The translations under genes and the position numbers were made by a program. A stretch of DNA of 64,000 bases from a virus. Numbering within the stretch: position 1 is the stretch's first letter; each line of letters begins with the position of its first letter. The notes beneath the pieces were generated by a model. That model made no database searches and was not told where the DNA came from. It was given only the letters and a program-made list of their open reading frames with translations. Where the stretch lies: positions 32,001 to 96,000 of IMG/VR virus record IMGVR_UViG_3300013126_000014, one strand, 5' to 3'. Positions 48,801-55,884 of this stretch are shown one piece after another.

Positions 48801-49799
48801 TTGATCACAGATACTGAGATTAAAGTCATTGATGCATCCAAATGTCCAGAACCGAGTCCAGGAACTGCTACACCTGGGGTGGTATTTGTTGGGGCAGAAC
48901 GCATTACATATTTTGTGAGAGATTTAACAACTAACACATTGAGCCAACTGCGACGTGGTACACAGGGTACTGGAACTCCGGCGGTGCATGCCGAGTTTAC
49001 TAAAGTGGTTGATGCTAGCCTAAATCAAGTAGTACCAAGTGTTACTAAAGGTAATGTTACATACACAACAACTACCTCAATTAATGCAACTAAATCTCCA
49101 AGTTTCAAACTGAAACTAACTGGCAATATTACGGCAAATGTTGGGGATGTGATTACTCAGGCAACTAGCGGTGCAAATGTTAGGGTAGTGGGTACTGATT
49201 GGGAAGATAGCGATACAATTTGGTATACTAGAAACTCAAACAACCCATTTGAATTTACAGATATTCAATTGCAGTTTAGCGCCAACTTGACAATATTTGC
49301 TGGAGACATCGTAACACAAGAATCTTCTTCTGCAAATTTAACTGTGATCACTACTGTATACGACACTGCTAATGTTATTCTGCGTTACAACTCACTCGAA
49401 ACACTTAATGTTAGTGGAGGCAATCTGTTAGTAAACGGTGTTGACTCTGGTTATACCGCTATTACAATATATGCCGATCCTGTAGCTACAAGTAATTTAG
49501 CAGTCAACGGCATATATACAACTGACATTTATCCAGTTAGCAGAACTATTCTTGGATCGGTGAATCAAAACGGCAATGTAACTGTGGGCGCAAACGCTAC
49601 TTTAGCGACAACAAGTATCTGGTACAATTTAGGTAATGGCACTACAACAAATACCGACGGAGCAGGATTTGATGGAGCAACCACTGAACAAGTTGACTTC
49701 CTGAGGGAATACCCAGCAACCTATACCATTGGTATAGTCTCTGAAGATGCGGTAAATATATTATCTACTGAAGATGATGAAATAATTATTGAGGAATAA
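36831..49799 (+). CDS. Giant baseplate/virion protein (4322 aa, gp7 position) with FG-GAP-like propeller repeats
   Basis: Single 12969-nt ORF after gp6; FG.S....VGAP repeats at about 43410-45840; GSGY..P.V repeats near 47860-48090. Confidence 0.8.
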   Translation: MALRKTLKFLPEIFQTDANDKFLSATLDQLISEPELKTVNGYIGRKFAPTYKSKDSYVTENTSDRQNYQLEPSVVVRDEQSNITFFSSYIDLLNKIKYYGGITNNHSRLFNNEFYSFDPGVSYDKLINFTQYYWLPNGPDSVAVNTSGVATEETFTVTRNPTTETYTFTTSTGLVSDTLTLARGGTYYFVVNQPGVPFWIQIEPGVDGKLNATPTISNREVLGVTNNGTDEGTITFIVPQSDAQDRFLTMGTVFNVDYATPFYSLPYNNLHNKLRSQFLNAYPQYAGITGNLDGKHLVFVDQTLATNFGEEAWTAEEVLDLDLNPILGWGEGDVVPVNQRNGVWKIILVDVGVDNDPLIRLVPVQDIEVDEKVYVKYGLGNANREFYKESDGFLYRVPVISTVQDTLYFQDAVKTNMYGDLKIIEYAGWNIDVEQDILGKKTYTSPNGVKFTSGLKIEFGSDVTPTNYQNKQYYVEGVGDAIRLVDVTLLVTPELYNDELELNYPDQSFPDYVTINRSALDLNAWSRNNRWFHRDVITATARYNNTIPVFDQTLRAQRPIVQFEGDFQLYNYGRIGKRHIDVLDLTTTDAFNQLEGEIFDVALGTTLFDGMRILFAADNDPLVRNKIYVLNLVEYEEGTPGDPVLRIKLNIAEDGENLEWDSVVVLQGQYKGSHWWFDGTNWNESQQKTGLNQDPLFEVHTQTGVSLSTYPRSSFAGTKIFGYKRPTTGTEDSILGFALSYRNFGTQGDIEFQNYFDTDTFNYVIDQESYTPHINTGFLVKIIDRNTVAHRNMWKTVVEESKQYQILNYSYTNSNTFILDVIPNPNEASIPYLKVYVNNQRLNPSNWVFDSANNSVTVNVILSTDDRIDILVYSEQVSTRGNYEVPPNLDLNAQNVDIDSLTLGQLRNHLVSLSQNSKDLIGEVLAASNLRDLEVKSQGGNILQHSAGVPYASLFLLDDTANFVDAVRYTQREYAKFKNKFLELSASLTGIDPTNPAASVDLILTEMNKIKNSTFPWFYSDMVPYGPLKTIVADGYTVFDPTVRSYEITNVFNSQQLSNKAVLIYLNDVQLVIGNDYTFDTDRPAITFNDNLELAIDDVIKIVEYSNTDGNYIPETPTKLGLYPKFVPEIFLDDTYRDPINVIRGHDGSVTPAFDDYRDNFILELEKRIYNNIKLPETELPREIYNVIPGKFRDSDYTISEFNSILSGSFLSWIGNNRLDYSSNETFESNDPFTWNYSRFVDRIDGEPLPGSWRACFQYFYDTDSPHLRPWKMLGFSSKPDWWEGYYGPAPYTGGNTLLWDDLEVGRIVDGDRAGTDARFARPGLSQIIPVDENGGLISPAGILTKAFNSSNAATAWAVGNQGPVETAWRRSSDYPYAIQIAMALAKPAKYFGLFINAFNYSKNNDLDQYLTAENHHLVQSAININGDRSGGVVVRSAGYLNWIANYLTNMGVNPVEKISSMLTNFTVNLAYKMAGFTDQSYVQVLAEQSSPSSTNDSVVVPAENYKVHLYKSTPVDRINYSAVIVEKTTNGFTVRGYNLLNPYFTIIPSTVNSNATKIKVLDSEGVVYFDYKPIKLTVPYGYEFKNQQQVVDFLISYERFLIAQGFVFAEIDEALAEVRNFKLSVKEFLFWAQQGWTTGSVLVLSPAGENIRCNTSGAIVDGIQDDQYTTKVLDQNFKLVKNNNYNVMRSPTEFKLSLTNDQVVGFVDLNLVQYEHVLIFDNTTVFNDIIYKPELGNRQYRLKLIGQKTDNWDGSLYAPGFLYNSGEVDAWQSGKDYLKGDLVEFKDQFYVALNNISAADDFKFLDWKLADYGQVQKGLLSNFSSIAVKSQSYYDPYGYFNDADQVKYSHGLIGFKPRQYLDDLGVNETSQIEFYKGYIRQKGTPNAFDALTQAQFNNLASDINYFEEWAVRIGEYGAVDTNPYIEIPLDEKAFSVNPATAEFVYGTRRNEGDGVTIFNSSQLYRLTDQYNGNIALNRDNNSDYSNDILTAGYVNIDDVDATIFDLSEFSMLNDRLDIIGNGYSIWVAKDYTQDWNVYRVTETDNDVIFLTNALDGYITFTTNLPHGLLVNSIFMVRNFNAAFDGFYQVNSVDDLTRVTVSYAGDTSELSELNGRGTLFVLDSLRFQFMEEARKYVPPHGWKEGEKIWIDLDAPTSFVQGQPYETGNNLWKVYEKRMPWNLKQQLTKGEEEYAANDGFGTSVKLSADGLIAVTGNPLSGSTGTVSTFAKNSTNEFIQTFTIVPDTGNVSEFGTSIDLSTNRIAVGAPGSNNDNGYVYVYKKLQDVASYDRSQVIVGNLSASGDRFGFSVSLDEFGEWLYVGAPGNDKVYIYGLNKSVTEREHVESVNNLNILSLSANITANIGDHITQPTTGADLIVTANVSNGSNVEVSALTNIVTGVSSGNIQIVNVNIHGDPIAITNVAIYPTATYTSSTRNSISLSFTPDVADDANSLLVTSRERTYIPNVDYTLSGTTVTFSANIEQNDISIKQAPYYSLVSTVQGAAGSEFGYVVDSSYDGAQLGVGAPNETVNVGIRTDGIKVAIPVGTATANIVSYTEYVGAGAVFIYDRVIEAFESTGNQDYTTNGTIGAVHKVTIDNIEIPFSEYQTSFTTPSLANNVVRFITPPDVGKVVYIETNEINLLEKLIGIDSLEGGLEAIQSGARFGTSLTICSNNCAFYIGAPYYNNGTTYNTGAVWKFHSRGRLYGTNTGYAINPTFAPNDTIRLDNFEVRVNLGLSGNISVTTGDFITQPSSGANVAVTEDTSGNYIKISDYADANVFVVGSGNIYVNGADANVTVRSTSLDEFVEDINSADLLGITATNEGGKLRIDSDKTVAKNLLRILSGRNISANPQGVSNVYSSAELAVFAFMQIIINPYNSTNEYFGNKVILARNAYMLVIGSERGTTKKYTTFDDATTTLDSDSTAFFDSIKGSGSVYIYELYDDPRDEVENPGRYAFAQQLNPGDLNPGDRFGAAVDIVGDTIIVSSPGDDTTLTDAGSVYIFENPTRTRGWNLIRYQQPKVDTDSVNHIFLYNKNANTILTNLEFIDPAKGKIPGLAEQEIDYKTAYDPAKYNRGSNPRTAVNSDLYWGAEQLGQVWWDLDRVRYIDYEQDSLTYRSINWGRLFPDSTIEILEWAESDVLPSQYVDTYPNRGVPKYQDDSAYVEVSYVDSLTNNITSKYYFWVGGRTDLDTVTAPNRRLPLTVISSLIENPKSAGVAYAAIVQNNAVILYNVGSYLSASDTILHLDYEVVKNNSIIHSEYELIQKGNALSFVPAKILNKLIDSLSGIDAAGAVVPDPKLSVADRLGVGFRPRQSMFVDRLAAMNDLVQYVNGILIKKPIARQYDLTKLNSAEPMPNAKLGEYDQLVATEEALAYIDVTNLPVGYKILIETDTTQDNLWVLYTLNQDLVWEIARVQSYKTNLYWEYVDWYAEGYDNTIQVDYAVTTIIDALKLQAEPGSEILVRVELGETGGWNILVVNDQGGFDVVGIQNGTIQLKSNLGDFANNELGFSNQGFDVNRWDQNPNVEIRYIIQALHEDIFINELGAETNKLFFVMVNYLFGEQKYVDWIFKTSFISVTHSLRELNQFPNYIKDNQTYYQDYINEVKPYSTKIREYLVGYNSLDLFEGSVTDFDLPPYYDTDTKIFRSPSGEEVVKDQALWQTDVYSQWYQNRNNTVVSILVEDGGSGYTDEPIITIIGGGSGVTSATARAVIDFDTGAVTNIIVTNPGSGYFVTPTVIVNGSSTVPARAYAVLQNNQVRNINTTLKFDRISYTSSVIDWSANTSLTANTIVSYNGVGYRVNANITTGSSFNPDNYTRVNASEFDNANDRIMAYYAPSDTMPARDLGQLLKGIDYPGVQVTGLNFDQQPGYDGAGGFDKILFDNVQYDEDGNPILGDSTVDTLISSLYTDSTLGTRAEDINLDGGEYVDAYSSHAPEELIPGIVFDTLDIQVYTKVDSNVNVLGYRIFNNMVRNESFLRISNAFSTLLAQDLLITDTEIKVIDASKCPEPSPGTATPGVVFVGAERITYFVRDLTTNTLSQLRRGTQGTGTPAVHAEFTKVVDASLNQVVPSVTKGNVTYTTTTSINATKSPSFKLKLTGNITANVGDVITQATSGANVRVVGTDWEDSDTIWYTRNSNNPFEFTDIQLQFSANLTIFAGDIVTQESSSANLTVITTVYDTANVILRYNSLETLNVSGGNLLVNGVDSGYTAITIYADPVATSNLAVNGIYTTDIYPVSRTILGSVNQNGNVTVGANATLATTSIWYNLGNGTTTNTDGAGFDGATTEQVDFLREYPATYTIGIVSEDAVNILSTEDDEIIIEE

Positions 49800-49801
49800 T
49801 A

Positions 49802-50878
49802 ATGACAATTAAAATTAGTCAACTGGGGAATGTTACAACGGTATTAGGCAATGTACTAATGCCTCTGGTAGCAAACGTTGCAGGAACCCTTACTACTGTC
49901 AAAGGCAATGTTGATCAAGTTAAAACATACATTTTAGGTACTATAGAATCTGATTTGGCAAATTTAACAGCAAATGCAGGGTCACAGGCGGATAGTATTT
50001 CATCATTGACAGCTAACGCCGCAGTGCAGGCAGGATTAATTGCTGATCTATCAGCTAATGCTGCAGTGCAAGCAGGGCTACTATCGGGATTAGAAGCCAA
50101 CGCAGCATCTCAATCAGGATTCATTGCTAATTTATCTAGCGGGACTGCAACATTTGGTAATTTAGTACCAAGCGCAAATGTAACATATAGTTTAGGTAGC
50201 CCATCAGCCCAATGGAAAGATTTATATCTAAGTGGCAGTACCATTTACATTGGTGGCGCTGAAATTAGTATTAGTGGTGGTACAATTCAAACTACCTTAC
50301 CAATATCTGCAGATATTACAGCAAACACGTTGACAGTAGCCGACACACAGCTTACATTCAGTCAAGGTAGTTACATAGATGAGACCGAAGTTGCAGGACA
50401 ACCGGGAGTATATGGCCTAGCACTAAACAGCCCAGATGACGGTATTGTGGGAATGAACGCATTAGATTCCAATGCCACAGTAACTTCAAGTGTTATTGTG
50501 AGTAATGTAAGTGTACAGGTTAATGTACAAAATACTAGCGACACTGCAAACGTACACGTGTGGGCTTATTTAGAAGACGGGTCGTTATTGTGGCCCGACC
50601 TTACAGTGCAGGCCACTGCATTTACAGCAGAGTATGTAACAGCTATTACTGATACAGAGGCAAATGTATCAGTATTGCAAGGAAATGTAGCAGCGCATGA
50701 TGTTCGGCTTGGTAACCTTGAGGTCAATGGTGCAAACATTCTGGTTGACATTTCTACTTTACAAAGTAATGTAGAATTTACTATGTCAAATCTTACTCAT
50801 TGGACTAGCAACGTAACTACTATCAATGATGCGTTAAACCAATTAGCTGAAAGAGTTTGGAATTTAGAAAATCCTTAA
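49802..50878 (+). CDS. Fibre/whisker-like virion protein
   Basis: IKISQL N-terminus, 14-aa repeats, LVPSANVTYSLGS...WKDLYLSG module, C-terminal coiled coil. Confidence 0.7.
   Translation: MTIKISQLGNVTTVLGNVLMPLVANVAGTLTTVKGNVDQVKTYILGTIESDLANLTANAGSQADSISSLTANAAVQAGLIADLSANAAVQAGLLSGLEANAASQSGFIANLSSGTATFGNLVPSANVTYSLGSPSAQWKDLYLSGSTIYIGGAEISISGGTIQTTLPISADITANTLTVADTQLTFSQGSYIDETEVAGQPGVYGLALNSPDDGIVGMNALDSNATVTSSVIVSNVSVQVNVQNTSDTANVHVWAYLEDGSLLWPDLTVQATAFTAEYVTAITDTEANVSVLQGNVAAHDVRLGNLEVNGANILVDISTLQSNVEFTMSNLTHWTSNVTTINDALNQLAERVWNLENP
49958..50134 (+). repeat. Four 42-nt (14-aa) coding repeats L.ANA..QA..I..
   Basis: LTANAGSQADSISS / LTANAAVQAGLIAD / LSANAAVQAGLLSG / LEANAASQSGFIAN. 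Confidence 0.85.
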
Positions 50879-50889
50879 AATAGCAGATT

Positions 50890-51042
50890 ATGAACGAAAT
50901 AAATAAGAATATAGATCAACAAACACAAACTCCAGAAGTACAGGAGAAACAGCCCGATGAGCGTGGCGGTATCTATGTGCAAGGGCATGTTAAAATATTT
51001 GACCCAGAATCTGATGAAGTTTACGTAAATGGACGAGCATAA
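50890..51042 (+). CDS. Small protein (50 aa, below the ORF-track cutoff)
   Basis: MNEINK...PDERGGIYVQGHVKIFDPESDEVYVNGRA* fills the intergenic gap. Confidence 0.7.
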   Translation: MNEINKNIDQQTQTPEVQEKQPDERGGIYVQGHVKIFDPESDEVYVNGRA

Positions 51043-51045
51043 CAA

Positions 51046-51654
51046 ATGAATTTAATGAATTTAGACATTATAGGTATGGTAAAAATATTTGATCCTGTTA
51101 GTGGTGAAATATTTGTTGATAAAAAGAATGCAATCCATTACGAAAATATGAGTGAGGCTATTGCATATAGTTTAGGAAATAAAGGAACTAACTTTATTAC
51201 AGAAATGCATTTTGGCAACGGCGGCACAACTGTTGACCCTACTGGTGTTATTACATACTTGCCTACCAATACTAATGTGCAAAATGCAGACTTGTATAGT
51301 CCGCAGTACTATAAAATAGTCGATGATACAAATGCTGCAAATAGCGATCCTCTCCGTAATAAGGTTGCTATTACCCATACTCCTGGTCAGATCTATTCAG
51401 ACATCATTGTTAGTTGTCTATTGGACTATGGCGAACCTAATGGCCAAGCAGTTTTTGATAACAGTCAAGATTTAAATGGACAATTTGTATTTGATGAGAT
51501 TGGGTTAAAAGGCTACAGTACAACAGGTGAGGGTCTAGGAAAATTATTAACTCATGTGATTTTTAGCCCTGTGCAAAAATCATTAAACAGATTGATACAG
51601 ATCGATTATACTGTGCGAATTCAAACATTAACTAATTTGAGTGCAATTACATAA
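51046..51654 (+). CDS. Baseplate/tail-collar-like structural protein
   Basis: KNAIH...FGNGG...FDEIGL...LLTHVIFSPVQKSLNRLIQIDYTVRI. Confidence 0.6.
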   Translation: MNLMNLDIIGMVKIFDPVSGEIFVDKKNAIHYENMSEAIAYSLGNKGTNFITEMHFGNGGTTVDPTGVITYLPTNTNVQNADLYSPQYYKIVDDTNAANSDPLRNKVAITHTPGQIYSDIIVSCLLDYGEPNGQAVFDNSQDLNGQFVFDEIGLKGYSTTGEGLGKLLTHVIFSPVQKSLNRLIQIDYTVRIQTLTNLSAIT

Positions 51655-51665
51655 TAGGATAAAAA

Positions 51666-53039
51666 ATGTCATACGTAATAAACAAAACAAACGGCACAGT
51701 ATTAGCGACAGTATTAGACGGAACTATTAATACTAGTGCTAGTAGCCTAACATTAGTCGGAAGAAACTACAGCAACTACGGCGAAGTAATTGGTGAAAAT
51801 TTTGTTAAGCTGTTGGAAAATTTTGCTTACAATATTGCGCCAAGTAATCCGCTAGCAGGGCAGTTGTGGTGGGATAGCGGAAACAGCCTACTAAAAGTTT
51901 ATACTGGCACATCATTTAAAATTGTAAGTAGTTGTACAGCACAAACAACAGCACCTACTACCACTGTAGCTGGCGATTTGTGGTGGGATACTGCCAACGA
52001 TCAATTGTATGTTTACAACGGTACAACGCCGTACAGTGCAGATGGATGGATTTTAGTTGGCCCTGGCTATAGTAAGGTTAACGGAAAGAGTGGTGCTATC
52101 TGGGAACAGATTACAGACACTACCAGCTCAACACACAGCGTTGTGGTGATGTATGTAGACGGTACACGCACAGGAATCATTAGCGAAGATAGTGAATTTA
52201 CGCCAAATGTTGCAATCTCGGGGTTCTCAACGATTCGACCTGGTTATAACATGAGTTCTATAGGTACATTCCACGGAACTGCTAACAATGCTAGTTATCT
52301 TGGTACACAGCCTGCTGCTAATTATTTCCGCAACAATATTGACAATAGTGGCACTGGTACATTAAGTGTTGTAAATGATTCTGGCATTAAAGTTGGTGCT
52401 GGATTGGATTTAGAACTTTCAGTTTCGGGTACTGATGCGCAGATTAAAAATATCACCAGTGGCGGCGATATTGGTGTGTACGCAAATGTTAGTGGAACTA
52501 GCACTAGAGTTTTGTACATTAATGGCGCCGACGGTACTATTGAAGTAGCAGATGACCCATCAACAGACCTAGGTGTTGCTACTAAACAATATGTAGATGA
52601 TAGTTTTGCTAATAGCCCTGTTCTCGGTGGTGTACCAACGGCCCCAACAATGCCAGTTGATACAGCAAACTTGTCTATTGCTACTACAGATTTTGTTATT
52701 AACAATTCTGGGTTCCTTAAAAATAAAATATACCAAGGGAATAGCTATATTGAAATCCTTGACAGCGGCACTGGCAGTGCCAATGTTGTAATTGATGGCA
52801 TAAGTGTAGCTACTGCTAGCGCATCAGGTATGAATTTACGCAATGGCGCTACAGCAATTACCCAAACACAAGTATACAACGGTTCAGGAAATACCACAGT
52901 GGCAACGACTCAATATGTTAAGACTGCTACAACCTGGTGGGGCGGCAGTGCTAAATTTGTGAGCACAGATGCACCAAATCCTGGAGTAAATGATGTGGGT
53001 TCCAATGATGGAGATTTTTGGTTCCAGCGTGATGCATAA
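51666..53039 (+). CDS. Short tail fibre-like protein
   Basis: LTLVGRNYSNYGE...LLENFA...GQLWWD; ATKQYVD; PTAPT. Confidence 0.7.
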   Translation: MSYVINKTNGTVLATVLDGTINTSASSLTLVGRNYSNYGEVIGENFVKLLENFAYNIAPSNPLAGQLWWDSGNSLLKVYTGTSFKIVSSCTAQTTAPTTTVAGDLWWDTANDQLYVYNGTTPYSADGWILVGPGYSKVNGKSGAIWEQITDTTSSTHSVVVMYVDGTRTGIISEDSEFTPNVAISGFSTIRPGYNMSSIGTFHGTANNASYLGTQPAANYFRNNIDNSGTGTLSVVNDSGIKVGAGLDLELSVSGTDAQIKNITSGGDIGVYANVSGTSTRVLYINGADGTIEVADDPSTDLGVATKQYVDDSFANSPVLGGVPTAPTMPVDTANLSIATTDFVINNSGFLKNKIYQGNSYIEILDSGTGSANVVIDGISVATASASGMNLRNGATAITQTQVYNGSGNTTVATTQYVKTATTWWGGSAKFVSTDAPNPGVNDVGSNDGDFWFQRDA

Positions 53040-53070
53040 CCAGATAAATAACTTATAATAGGTAAAAGAG

Positions 53071-54525
53071 ATGGCATATACAATTACTACAACTGCTGGT
53101 ACCACACTAGCAACAATCGCAGACGGTACAGTTAATACTAGTACCACAAGTTTAACCCTAATTGGTAAAAACTATGCAGGTTACGGTGTTTTCTTAAATG
53201 AAAACTATATCAAACTTTTAGAAAATTTTAGCAATACTACTGCACCAACAGCGGCACTACAAGGCCAGTTGTGGTACGATAGAGGGCAAAATGTATTAAA
53301 AGTATATGACGGAAGCCTATGGAAACCAATTTCAAGTTCTGCAGCAAGTAACACCGCTCCGACTTCAGCAGTTACAGGCGATTTGTGGTGGGATACAGCT
53401 AATGCACAACTAAAAGTATGGAGTGGCAGTGCTTGGGTTACTGTAGGACCTGCATATACCAGCACTTCGGGTACTTCAGGCGCAGTTGTAGAAACTATCT
53501 TAGATAGCAGTGCTGCTAGCCACGTAGTTGTTAAATTTTATATCTCAAACACCACTGTAGGTATCTTAAGTAAAGATGCTACCTTTACTCCACAAACTAG
53601 CATATCTGGGTTTATAACAATTAAACCTGGTTTTAATTTGATCAGTTCTAGTACCATTACAGGTAGCCAATTTACGGGTGATTCTAGTAACGCACTGTTA
53701 TTAAATGGTAACCCTGCAACATCTTTCTTGCGCAGCGATACTAATACTAGCACAGCATATAGTATTCAAGCAGCAAGTTTAGCAGTTGGTAGTGATTTAA
53801 CTATAGCTAGTGCTAACAGTGCAGTTAGTTTAACAAACGCAACGTTAAACAGTTCATTGGATTTCTACGTTAACAAAGGTGGCGTTAATACTAAAGCTAT
53901 CGGTATTACAGGATCTACAGGCGCAGTTACATTGTCTGGCGCATTGGTTGCAAGCTCAACCGCTAGTGTTACAGGAAACTTAACAGTTGCAGGTTACAGC
54001 AATCTTCAAGGTATAACAGTAATTAGCAATTCGCTATTACCAAGTGCGAACGCTACAATTAATATTGGTAGCACATCTTCAAGATTTGCAAATGTATATG
54101 CAACCAACTTAGTCGGAACGGCAATTACTGCTAACTATGCCGACTTGGCTGAACGTTTTGAAGCAGATGTACCGATGGTACCGGGCACTGTAGTTGAAAT
54201 TGGTGGGGTTAAAGAAATCACAGCCGCTGTTCAGGAATTAAGCGATAATGTGTTTGGGGTTATAAGTACATTACCCGGTTTCTTATTAAATGGCAGTGCA
54301 GGAACAAATGAAACGCACCCGGCAGTTGCAGTAAATGGGCGTGTACCTGTGCGAGTAGTAGGCCGTATTAACAAGGGCGACCGATTAGTGAGCGCAGGCA
54401 ATGGACTAGCTCGTGCAGCTTCTAAAGGTGAATACACTCCTTTTAACGTAATTGGGCGTGCTTTACAAACTAAAGTATCAACAGGTGAAGGCACCGTTGA
54501 AGCTATTGTCAAATTGAATAACTAA
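53071..54525 (+). CDS. Short tail fibre-like protein with C-terminal intramolecular-chaperone-like domain
   Basis: N-terminus paralogous to 51666..53039; C-terminal ANYADLAERFEAD...GRVPVRVVG.I.KGD.LVS resembles the peptidase G2/IMC autocleavage domain. Confidence 0.72.
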   Translation: MAYTITTTAGTTLATIADGTVNTSTTSLTLIGKNYAGYGVFLNENYIKLLENFSNTTAPTAALQGQLWYDRGQNVLKVYDGSLWKPISSSAASNTAPTSAVTGDLWWDTANAQLKVWSGSAWVTVGPAYTSTSGTSGAVVETILDSSAASHVVVKFYISNTTVGILSKDATFTPQTSISGFITIKPGFNLISSSTITGSQFTGDSSNALLLNGNPATSFLRSDTNTSTAYSIQAASLAVGSDLTIASANSAVSLTNATLNSSLDFYVNKGGVNTKAIGITGSTGAVTLSGALVASSTASVTGNLTVAGYSNLQGITVISNSLLPSANATINIGSTSSRFANVYATNLVGTAITANYADLAERFEADVPMVPGTVVEIGGVKEITAAVQELSDNVFGVISTLPGFLLNGSAGTNETHPAVAVNGRVPVRVVGRINKGDRLVSAGNGLARAASKGEYTPFNVIGRALQTKVSTGEGTVEAIVKLNN

Positions 54526-54536
54526 GGAAATCAAAT

Positions 54537-55499
54537 ATGTCATATGCATCGGGCGGATTAATTGAAGCCACGGACTACAACAACTTAGCATGGGGAGGCA
54601 CCCAAGGAACATACACCTCAAGCCCGACTAACATCGCTTATGTAATGGGTGTAGGTAATGGCGTATTTGGCTACGGACAAGATGTTAGTGCTATTAATAC
54701 AGTTTCGGCTGCAGGAACAGTTACGGCAACGCAATGGAGTGGGTTCTTAACTACTTTAAATAAAGCATTAGGACACCAAAGTGGCAGTGGCGCACAGATT
54801 TCAGTCGATCCTGCTATTACCGCAGGTAACACGATTACTTACTTTGGTAGTATAGCCACGGCAGTGGGCACAATTAACACCAACAAAGCATTATTTGATT
54901 CACAAGGATCTACAACAACTGGCTCAACTCAATCTTGGAATCCAACTGCGGCAGCCGCATCGGCTCTGTCAGCCTTTCAAGACATTAACGTAGCATTTAG
55001 TAGTGCAAATGCTGCACGATATTTCTTTAATGCAGGTGGCCAAATTAACTTTGTAGTTTCAGCAACAGACAATGCTGGAACAAGCCGAAGCCAAGCACTT
55101 CGTGATATGATTAACAGCGCAGGGGGCATCACTGCATTCCAAAACACAACCAATGGCGGTCGAAGCGGGTCCGGTGGCACCGCAGTTACTAACAATACAA
55201 GTTTTGGTTACAGAGATTTAGTGTTTAATACTCCACAAACTATTGTAAATATGGATGTTGCGGGTACATATAGTGCGCACGATGTTCAATTACAATTATT
55301 CGCTAACGATAGCAACACAACCAATGGTAGTATTACTAGCAGTGTTGCATTTAGATTATCTCTATATGCTGCAGCAGATGATGCATTTGGCGGCGATGTT
55401 AATCTAACAGTTAGCGTGCGTGCAGACATTGTATATCCAGAGACAACCTACTTGTCAGACGCATGGGGCACACCAACAGTAACTTTTGATAATACATAG
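54537..55499 (+). CDS. Virion structural protein
   Basis: T/S/A/G-rich, ARYFFNAGG motif, last gene of the structural run; ends in TAG. Confidence 0.65.
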   Translation: MSYASGGLIEATDYNNLAWGGTQGTYTSSPTNIAYVMGVGNGVFGYGQDVSAINTVSAAGTVTATQWSGFLTTLNKALGHQSGSGAQISVDPAITAGNTITYFGSIATAVGTINTNKALFDSQGSTTTGSTQSWNPTAAAASALSAFQDINVAFSSANAARYFFNAGGQINFVVSATDNAGTSRSQALRDMINSAGGITAFQNTTNGGRSGSGGTAVTNNTSFGYRDLVFNTPQTIVNMDVAGTYSAHDVQLQLFANDSNTTNGSITSSVAFRLSLYAAADDAFGGDVNLTVSVRADIVYPETTYLSDAWGTPTVTFDNT

Positions 55500-55528
55500 T
55501 TGACAGATTAACTAAAATCTTGTATAAT
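55500..55528 (+). promoter_or_regulatory. Consensus sigma70 promoter for the glycosyltransferase/radical SAM operon
   Basis: TTGACA(55500)-17 nt-TATAAT(55523), exact consensus. Confidence 0.88.
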
Positions 55529-55559
55529 ATAGGTAAGTTTTTCTAACTTACCTATTTTT
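55529..55559 (+). terminator. Terminator-like hairpin ending the structural operon
   Basis: ATAGGTAAGTT-tttct-AACTTACCTAT followed by TTTT. Confidence 0.7.
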
Positions 55560-55575
55560 ATGGCTATATAATTAT

Positions 55576-55884
55576 ATGATTGATCAATTAGTAGAACAGA
55601 TTAAACAGTCAACGAACTACCAAACTAACAAGCGTATTTTACGCGAAAAAATTCAGACTGACCTCCACGTTGCGTATAATGGTGGCTTATTTAAAGTTAC
55701 CCCTGAATTGATATCTTTTTTGTCAGTTTGGGAAGCCGATGACTTATTTTTAGAAGATACTTATCAAAATCCTATTAAAGTTAGTAGAATAGAATTTTTA
55801 TCATTGTGTAAGCAACATTACCAAACAGCTATGAATAGTTGGAACATACAATATGAAGAACTTAAACGCATTAGAAAAATCTAA
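55576..55884 (+). CDS. Hypothetical protein
   Basis: 102-aa ORF, first gene of the operon. Confidence 0.7.
   Translation: MIDQLVEQIKQSTNYQTNKRILREKIQTDLHVAYNGGLFKVTPELISFLSVWEADDLFLEDTYQNPIKVSRIEFLSLCKQHYQTAMNSWNIQYEELKRIRKI

Noticed and set aside
49958-50134. CRISPR-like or non-coding repeat array
   Set aside because: These are degenerate in-frame 42-nt coding repeats with no spacers; no CRISPR array or cas gene was seen in the window.
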